Source: a virus (lineage: Duplodnaviria; Caudoviricetes). From it: a stretch of 30,802 nucleotides of DNA. The notes beneath the pieces were generated by a model. It was not told the origin of the DNA and ran no database searches. It saw only the letters and a list, made by a program, of their open reading frames with translations. Shown here piece after piece: positions 25,315 to 30,802 of this stretch (position 1 is the stretch's first letter; each line of letters opens with the position of its first letter). Made by a program: the position numbers and the translations under genes. The stretch covers positions 1 through 30,802 of the IMG/VR virus record IMGVR_UViG_3300024529_000009, one strand, 5' to 3'.

Positions 25315-27450
25315 TTATTCAACGCGACTGCAAAAAATCTCAGCAAAAGCAGAGGCATAAATATGACGCATATCCGACGAGTTTGGCTTTCTATGCATAA
25401 CAGTGTTGAAGGTAATAGCCTTACCTTCTGACAGTTTTAGAAAAGCTATGCTCGGTTTAGTATTTAGTGCTAAAACGTCCTTTATTATATCTGGAGTCAC
25501 TTCAATCATAGGGTCAAGACCTGTAAAAATGCAAAGTTTTAGATACTCTAATTGGTCAACCTCTGCTTTGTTTAATTCTCTAGCTGTTGATTTTCCAAAA
25601 TTCTTGCAGGCAAAGGCGTTCATATGCTTGGCTATCTTCTCCTGTGCCTCAATTCCCCAAAGAGTGGCTGATGTAGGCTCTGAACTTCTAGGAAGTACCC
25701 TTCTTTGCTTTCTGGGGTTAGTGTCTGTAGAGTTCTTTGGTCGCCCTGCATCCTGTGGTGGAGAACTTTTATCACTCGGCCCACTCTGCTCTTTTTGTGG
25801 AGCGACAGGAGGTGCTGGCGGCTCTTTGTATGGTAGCCCAAGACCTTCTTGCAAATACTCTTCCGAGTCCAAAACATCTTTTGTCATAGCAATCTTAGCC
25901 ATATCCTCTTTATGTTGAGGATTGTGGTATGGGCCCGCCTTATTAGGAACTGCCTGATTAGACCTTTCTGCCTGCTCCCTTTTCGTGCGAACCTTTTCGA
26001 TACTGGGAATCTCTCTCATTCTTTCCAAAAGAGTTTCGTCAGACATAATACCACGATCAACCAAATCCAAAAGTAGCTTTTTCTGTGCAGATTCATCAGA
26101 AAGAATAATGGAGTCGAAATGTATTTCGGCAGGAAGTCTAAAGCCCATAGCTTTTCTGACATACTCTATCTCCTGCCTCCAAAAACCAGCAACAACCTCT
26201 CTTCCATACTCTAATCTTTCAATAAGAGTCTTCAAGGAAACATAGTTATTAGTATATCCACCACTAGATCCAGAAGCACCTGTCAAAGTGGGAGGAATAC
26301 CCAGACCGGCATAAATACTGGTAAGTACAGGTTGGTACTTTTCCGCCCCTAAGAATCTATATGCCTGAGAATTGCTTTCTGTGAATTTAAGCTCTGGACC
26401 CCAAACCAAATCCATAGTACCGCCACCAACGTTACTGGCGATAATGTTTCTAATTTTTTCCAAACCGGCTTTTGTCGGAACGATTTTATTATCAAAATCA
26501 CCAACGGTCCATAGTCTAACCTGACTAATTGTCCCATCTAAAGCGGCAAGGTCGGCAAGTTTCATCTTCTCCAACATGTTAACGTCATCTAGGATAGCGT
26601 AAATCATTGGATTGGCCCAGAGTAGCCAGTCATCTTTCTTGTAGTGGTAAAAGAAAGTTCTGTTCATATCTAGTGGTAACTTTCTTTCTCCTGCTGCCAA
26701 CCGTTTTTGAACATCCAAAGGTAACGTCTTAACGGGACTTGTTTCGTTAGAGATGTCGTTCATCAAAGAATTATATGTATACTTTGAAATGTTTAGCAAA
26801 AACTCTGGACGACCAAGGCTTGCCTGACTGCCCTCTCTAACATCAATCGCAACAGGGTTAATAAAGTCGTAAACCCAAGGGATTTCCCTCTTAGCCTGTT
26901 TTTTTATTTCAAGAAGAACATCCGCTCCAGCCGCCCTTCTCAAATTTTCTTCATGTTTCTTGTTTAGCTTTGCGGTTCTTCTTTGAACTACAACATTTCC
27001 CTGTCTGTAAAGATAGTTAAGAAAACGCTCAGTCCTGTCATATCCCTTTACCTGACGAAACCATTTACGGTAAAACTTTTCGATTTGCTTGTTCGGATGA
27101 ACAAGAACCAAACCCTGACTAGCAAAGTCGCTCATTAGGTCAATAACATTGCGGATAATTCCCACTTTATCATAGGCTGTACTACAGGCGGCCATGATTC
27201 TTTTTTGTCTATAGGGAACCGCTTCGCCCGGACGAAAAGCATCATAATCAGAACGATTAAAAGAAGGACGAACACTTCGGTCAGGCTCAATATCTAAATA
27301 GGTCTGCCTATTTCCCCCGTAGTCTCCCCTATGTGCCTCAGTGCGATGTATAACGCCATCATAACCCCCAGTTTCGGTCTGGTAGCTATTTATAACCTCG
27401 GTTTGCTGCTGATCGTTTGCCCAAGATTGATAGAGGGGTTTATCTGACAT
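25315..27450 (-). CDS. Portal protein (711 aa)
   Basis: Between terminase and protease; portal-like segments (IIRNVIDLMSDF; YLYRQGNVVV; IYAGLGIPPTL); Pro-rich C-terminal linker. Confidence 0.85.
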   Translation of the reverse strand: MSDKPLYQSWANDQQQTEVINSYQTETGGYDGVIHRTEAHRGDYGGNRQTYLDIEPDRSVRPSFNRSDYDAFRPGEAVPYRQKRIMAACSTAYDKVGIIRNVIDLMSDFASQGLVLVHPNKQIEKFYRKWFRQVKGYDRTERFLNYLYRQGNVVVQRRTAKLNKKHEENLRRAAGADVLLEIKKQAKREIPWVYDFINPVAIDVREGSQASLGRPEFLLNISKYTYNSLMNDISNETSPVKTLPLDVQKRLAAGERKLPLDMNRTFFYHYKKDDWLLWANPMIYAILDDVNMLEKMKLADLAALDGTISQVRLWTVGDFDNKIVPTKAGLEKIRNIIASNVGGGTMDLVWGPELKFTESNSQAYRFLGAEKYQPVLTSIYAGLGIPPTLTGASGSSGGYTNNYVSLKTLIERLEYGREVVAGFWRQEIEYVRKAMGFRLPAEIHFDSIILSDESAQKKLLLDLVDRGIMSDETLLERMREIPSIEKVRTKREQAERSNQAVPNKAGPYHNPQHKEDMAKIAMTKDVLDSEEYLQEGLGLPYKEPPAPPVAPQKEQSGPSDKSSPPQDAGRPKNSTDTNPRKQRRVLPRSSEPTSATLWGIEAQEKIAKHMNAFACKNFGKSTARELNKAEVDQLEYLKLCIFTGLDPMIEVTPDIIKDVLALNTKPSIAFLKLSEGKAITFNTVMHRKPNSSDMRHIYASAFAEIFCSRVE

Positions 27451-27497
27451 TTAATGCGTTTCCTTTAATGCGATTAACAATAGTATTGTCGGTTGCA

Positions 27498-27510
27498 TTG
27501 TTATACACAA
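27498..27510 (-). promoter_or_regulatory. TTGTGTATAACAA motif upstream of portal
   Basis: Identical to 19572-19584. Confidence 0.62.
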
Positions 27511-27521
27511 TAAACAAACTT

Positions 27522-29504
27522 CTAGTACAAACCTTCTGTTTTTTCAGTAAACCAAGACGGACCCTGAAAAAGCTTCTCATCCTTCGCACCAAAGTGGGGC
27601 GTTCCATCAGCGAATCCGCCGATAGCACCAACGTCTAAAGTGGTCTTTTCGACGTTAAGGTATCTGGCAGACATATTTGCCATTATCAGTGACGAGTAAC
27701 GGTCTTTTCTTAGTCTGCTTTTTCTTCCTGCTCCAGTCTTAACCTCTGGAGTGTCCCATCGCTCCCGACCATTTGAGGTCACTGTCATAACAATCATAGA
27801 AAGTTCGTCCTTTAACTCTTCTATTTCCATGACGCAATCTTCCAACGTGTCATACTTTCTTCCTACTGACTTGTCAACCTCTAGGGCAACACCTAAGCTG
27901 ACTGAATCAAAGTAAGGGAACAGAACAGACTTGTCTTCAAAGTCCTTTCTAAGACCGTGGTTAGCCTCCGCAAGCCAGTCGTATTTGGCAAATTGGCACA
28001 TTCTAAGGATGTGAAGTCCGGCATGGTCGTCTGTGTCCTTTGCCTTATCTTCATCTATAACGGGCCAAATAGCAACCTCGCCCGGTGGAATCTTATCTCT
28101 GTCATGAAGTGCTTCCATAACGGCGATACCTCCACCCTGAGCATCCATAGCTATTTCTGCACAAGGAAACACTTTCATAAGTTGTCTGATCTTTTTAGCA
28201 CAAAAAGAATAGAAGTCATCTTCGTCAACAATCCTAGACTTTAACAACTCTTTGTGCGACTTTCTGGTAGTGGTCCAGCAATGAACAACCTTTCTATGGT
28301 CCTCCTCGACCTCCATTACTATAATACTAAAGTTGTCAACCTCGGAAGCTGGGTCAACTCCAAACACATATTTCTTTCCAGAGTCGCCCTTTAAAGAAGC
28401 TTCAAACCAAACCTCTCCAGAAACCAGCTTTGCGGGATTTGTAGGGGATGTAGTAACCCCCTCGATGAGACTACGTTTAAAAAACCCTTGGCTATCGGTA
28501 GTAAAAACTGCACCATATTCCATTTGGTAAATACCTGTATGAACAGTAGCCTTTGCTCTGCCAACCTGACCAGCATCCATAAAGCCCAAAGGTAACTTCG
28601 TAACGGGAATTCGAGTAACTGAATAATTAGTCCAATCAAAGTCTGCTGGTATAGAGCCGTTAAAAACCTCTTCCAGCTTTCTGATACTTCCACCACTATT
28701 GACAATCTGTCTGTACCTTTTCCAGTATTCAGAAAAATGATTAAAATCGTAGTAGGCAGTACCGCTTAGGATTATTTGGTTTGACATATCAACAGGGTTG
28801 TCAACCCTTTGAGTAGGAATAGAAACTCCTAACTTCTTAGCCATTGCCTCTTTGGATTTTTGTTTAACTTTTTCGATAGGAGAAGATGCTACAGCGGCAA
28901 AACCAGCAACAACGTTTTCAAAAATATCACGGGGGATCGACGCGAATTCGTCGGCAATAATGTCGTTGGCTCTTTGACCCCTGATCTTGCTTCCGTCGCC
29001 CAGCGGAAGTGCGGTTATTGTACTATGACCTATATGCATCACACAGCGGTCTACGTCCCTTCTAGGGCCACTATTGCTTGCACAAAGATCTCTTAAAACC
29101 GGTGCGTTTTTCCAAATAGTGTCCATGTATTCAAAAAGAACTTTTGACTGACGGAAGGCTGCACCAACAATAATGATCTTTCGTCGCGGCATGAATAATG
29201 CACGTATAATAGCATATAAAGCAAGGATAAAGGATTTACCCATACCACGACTACCGATCAGCATAGGGAACTTCCTATTCCACATTTCTTGCAGTAAAAC
29301 TGCTTGGAACGGGCCAAGTTCAATGTTTAGAACGTGCTTGCAGGTAAAGCTAAAATATTCCGGCCTCATCATTAACCATGAGAGCCTCTTTACTAATTCT
29401 TCGTTGTCTTCGCCCATTACAAAATCCATAGGATTAAATAACGTACTTTCGTCAACGTCAATACCTAACCAAGCATCGTCTAACTGCTTTTGAATATCTC
29501 TCAT
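27522..29504 (-). CDS. terL: Terminase large subunit (660 aa)
   Basis: Walker A GSRGMGKS, Walker B IIADEF, RNase H-like nuclease FGVDPAS ... MDAQGGG ... KDRYSS. Confidence 0.95.
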   Translation of the reverse strand: MRDIQKQLDDAWLGIDVDESTLFNPMDFVMGEDNEELVKRLSWLMMRPEYFSFTCKHVLNIELGPFQAVLLQEMWNRKFPMLIGSRGMGKSFILALYAIIRALFMPRRKIIIVGAAFRQSKVLFEYMDTIWKNAPVLRDLCASNSGPRRDVDRCVMHIGHSTITALPLGDGSKIRGQRANDIIADEFASIPRDIFENVVAGFAAVASSPIEKVKQKSKEAMAKKLGVSIPTQRVDNPVDMSNQIILSGTAYYDFNHFSEYWKRYRQIVNSGGSIRKLEEVFNGSIPADFDWTNYSVTRIPVTKLPLGFMDAGQVGRAKATVHTGIYQMEYGAVFTTDSQGFFKRSLIEGVTTSPTNPAKLVSGEVWFEASLKGDSGKKYVFGVDPASEVDNFSIIVMEVEEDHRKVVHCWTTTRKSHKELLKSRIVDEDDFYSFCAKKIRQLMKVFPCAEIAMDAQGGGIAVMEALHDRDKIPPGEVAIWPVIDEDKAKDTDDHAGLHILRMCQFAKYDWLAEANHGLRKDFEDKSVLFPYFDSVSLGVALEVDKSVGRKYDTLEDCVMEIEELKDELSMIVMTVTSNGRERWDTPEVKTGAGRKSRLRKDRYSSLIMANMSARYLNVEKTTLDVGAIGGFADGTPHFGAKDEKLFQGPSWFTEKTEGLY

Positions 29505-30139
29505 GTCAATATCCTATCGGCAAATCCATAATAAACAGCCTCTTCTGCGTTCATGTACCAATCTCCCTTTTCCATCTTTCTTTTTATAAAGGATTTAACC
29601 TTTGACAAGTTATATCCCTTTTCTTTGGCAAATTCGCCTTCAACAACCCTGTTGGCATAAATACCAATCATTAAATTCTTTTCATAATCTTGATAGGACG
29701 CATAGTTTTGCATACTTTGCACATCTCCACTGACATCTGTTGAGCCAAAGTGAACCATGAACATGCAATGCTCAGAAAGAACTCTTTCTCTAGCGGCCTG
29801 CATGATAACAGTACCCATAGAGCAGATCATACCGAATCCAAAAATGGTACACTTAAACCTGCAATTGTTTTGCCAGTTAGTTATAGAGTCGTATATAGCC
29901 ATACCAGAATACCAACAGCCACCACCGGTCTGTAGATATATCTCTATGTTGCAAATATCTCGTAGTATGTGCAGATTCTTTATAAATGTTTGATACGTTC
30001 TATAATCTACACCGGGATTCTCTCCCGCATCATCCTTTTCCTGTAGATAGATCCTTCTTCTTTCGATATCCAAATTGTGAAGGTGGATATCAGAAATCAA
30101 AATCTCCTGTTTCCTGCTGCCCATATTCAGACCTCTCAT
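29501..30139 (-). CDS. clpP: ClpP-like serine protease (start may be 30124)
   Basis: RRIYL, IEIYLQTGGG..YSGMAIYD, CSMG (Ser), FMVH (His), DWYMNAEEAVYYGFAD (Asp); ATGA overlap with terL. Confidence 0.88.
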   Translation of the reverse strand: MRGLNMGSRKQEILISDIHLHNLDIERRRIYLQEKDDAGENPGVDYRTYQTFIKNLHILRDICNIEIYLQTGGGCWYSGMAIYDSITNWQNNCRFKCTIFGFGMICSMGTVIMQAARERVLSEHCMFMVHFGSTDVSGDVQSMQNYASYQDYEKNLMIGIYANRVVEGEFAKEKGYNLSKVKSFIKRKMEKGDWYMNAEEAVYYGFADRILT

Positions 30140-30680
30140 CGAATAGTTCTGCTAGTCTCTTAAATATGCTATTACAAATTGTAAAAGCGTTTTTCTTGTT
30201 GTCAGCAAACAGTATTTGCACCTCGTATTTAATACCGATCTCCAAAAGTGCTTTTAGCAAATACTTGCCCGTTATCCTAGTTCCTTTTACAACCTGAAAG
30301 CGTTTAAACTTTGGAAGCGGTATCTGTCCAAGGCTGTATCTTCTCCACAACTCCTTATCGCTATCATCTAAGAGACTAAGTGGATAATCTATTAGATCAG
30401 AAGCAGAAAACTCCAAAACAATATAACGAAACGGAAAGTCTCTCATTCTTTCAATTTCGTTGTAAAATGTTTTCTTTTTCTTGCCTAAGTTCTGTGCTAT
30501 CTCGGAAGGTGAAGCCTTGCGTTCCACGCAAACAACTTCTTCGTAACCCTTTAAGGTGTAGTCGCCTGTTTGAAGCGTTCCGATCTCCATTCCGTCACAT
30601 CTGTCGTAAGGGGTGAAAAACCACCCCTCTTGCTCTCTAGTGTCCTGTATTACCGTATACTTAGTCTTCTTTTTTGGCAT
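30090..30680 (-). CDS. ERCC4/XPF-type nuclease (start 30680 or 30698)
   Basis: IQDTREQ...LQTGDY...VERKAS motif set. Confidence 0.85.
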   Translation of the reverse strand: MPKKKTKYTVIQDTREQEGWFFTPYDRCDGMEIGTLQTGDYTLKGYEEVVCVERKASPSEIAQNLGKKKKTFYNEIERMRDFPFRYIVLEFSASDLIDYPLSLLDDSDKELWRRYSLGQIPLPKFKRFQVVKGTRITGKYLLKALLEIGIKYEVQILFADNKKNAFTICNSIFKRLAELFDERSEYGQQETGDFDF

Positions 30681-30802
30681 CCTTATTCCATTCTGCAAAA
30701 AGAGTCGGACCTTTTTCTTCTGGGGCTGGTTCCGGTTCCGGTTCCGACACTGGTGCTGGTGCTGGTGCTGGTGCTGGTGCTGGTGCTGGTTTACCCTTAC
30801 AC
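30661..30802 (-). CDS. 5'-partial ORF ending in Pro-Ala/Glu-Pro repeats
   Basis: Translation ...CKGKPAPAPAPAPAPAPVSEPEPEPAPEEKGPTLFAEWNKDAKKED*; stop at 30661-30663. Confidence 0.65.
   Translation of the reverse strand, partial: CKGKPAPAPAPAPAPAPVSEPEPEPAPEEKGPTLFAEWNKDAKKED
30751..30789 (+). repeat. (TGGTGC)6.5 perfect hexamer microsatellite
   Basis: Read directly; encodes (PA)n on the minus strand. Confidence 0.95.

Noticed and set aside
23799-25918. Long plus-strand ORFs (169 aa at 23799-24308, 171 aa at 25403-25918)
   Set aside because: Antisense to scaffold and portal, with Ser/Phe/Leu-rich mirror composition and no independent support.
1-30802. Stop-codon recoding, introns/inteins in terL or MCP, tRNA genes, tail sheath
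   Set aside because: Genes tile densely under the standard code, core genes look uninterrupted, the short gaps show no tRNA-like sequence, and no sheath-like gene precedes the tail tube.

Overview
A tailed dsDNA phage (Caudoviricetes) virion-morphogenesis region, entirely on the minus strand. No tail sheath gene is seen, so it is probably siphovirus-like. Transcriptional order (right to left): partial Pro/Ala-repeat ORF, ERCC4-type nuclease, ClpP-like protease, large terminase, portal, prohead protease/scaffold, decoration protein, major capsid protein, a ~10 kb block (SPOUT-like protein plus large acidic beta-rich proteins), head-tail joining genes, tail tube, three putative tail chaperone genes, and a tape measure protein (TMP). 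The TMP starts at 5077 and runs off the left edge (>1690 aa); the ORF track omits it because it has no stop in the window. I translated it by hand. After a normal helical TMP N-terminus it carries a ~1125-aa cassette bracketed by two copies of a 'DTVPAMLxPGEFV' box and punctuated by 14 [FLMKR][AN]xGG motifs. These delimit cargo modules: a P-loop kinase-like domain, two different PD-(D/E)XK nuclease-like domains, an orphan 83-aa domain and three tandem 71-aa SH3/KOW-like repeats. This looks like a polyprotein effector cassette embedded in an ejected virion protein, possibly processed at di-glycine sites (inference). Other signals are a recurrent intergenic TTGTGTATA motif (candidate late promoter), paralogous tail chaperones and a nested scaffold start. 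All functional calls come from motif recognition and gene order; no database search was run.
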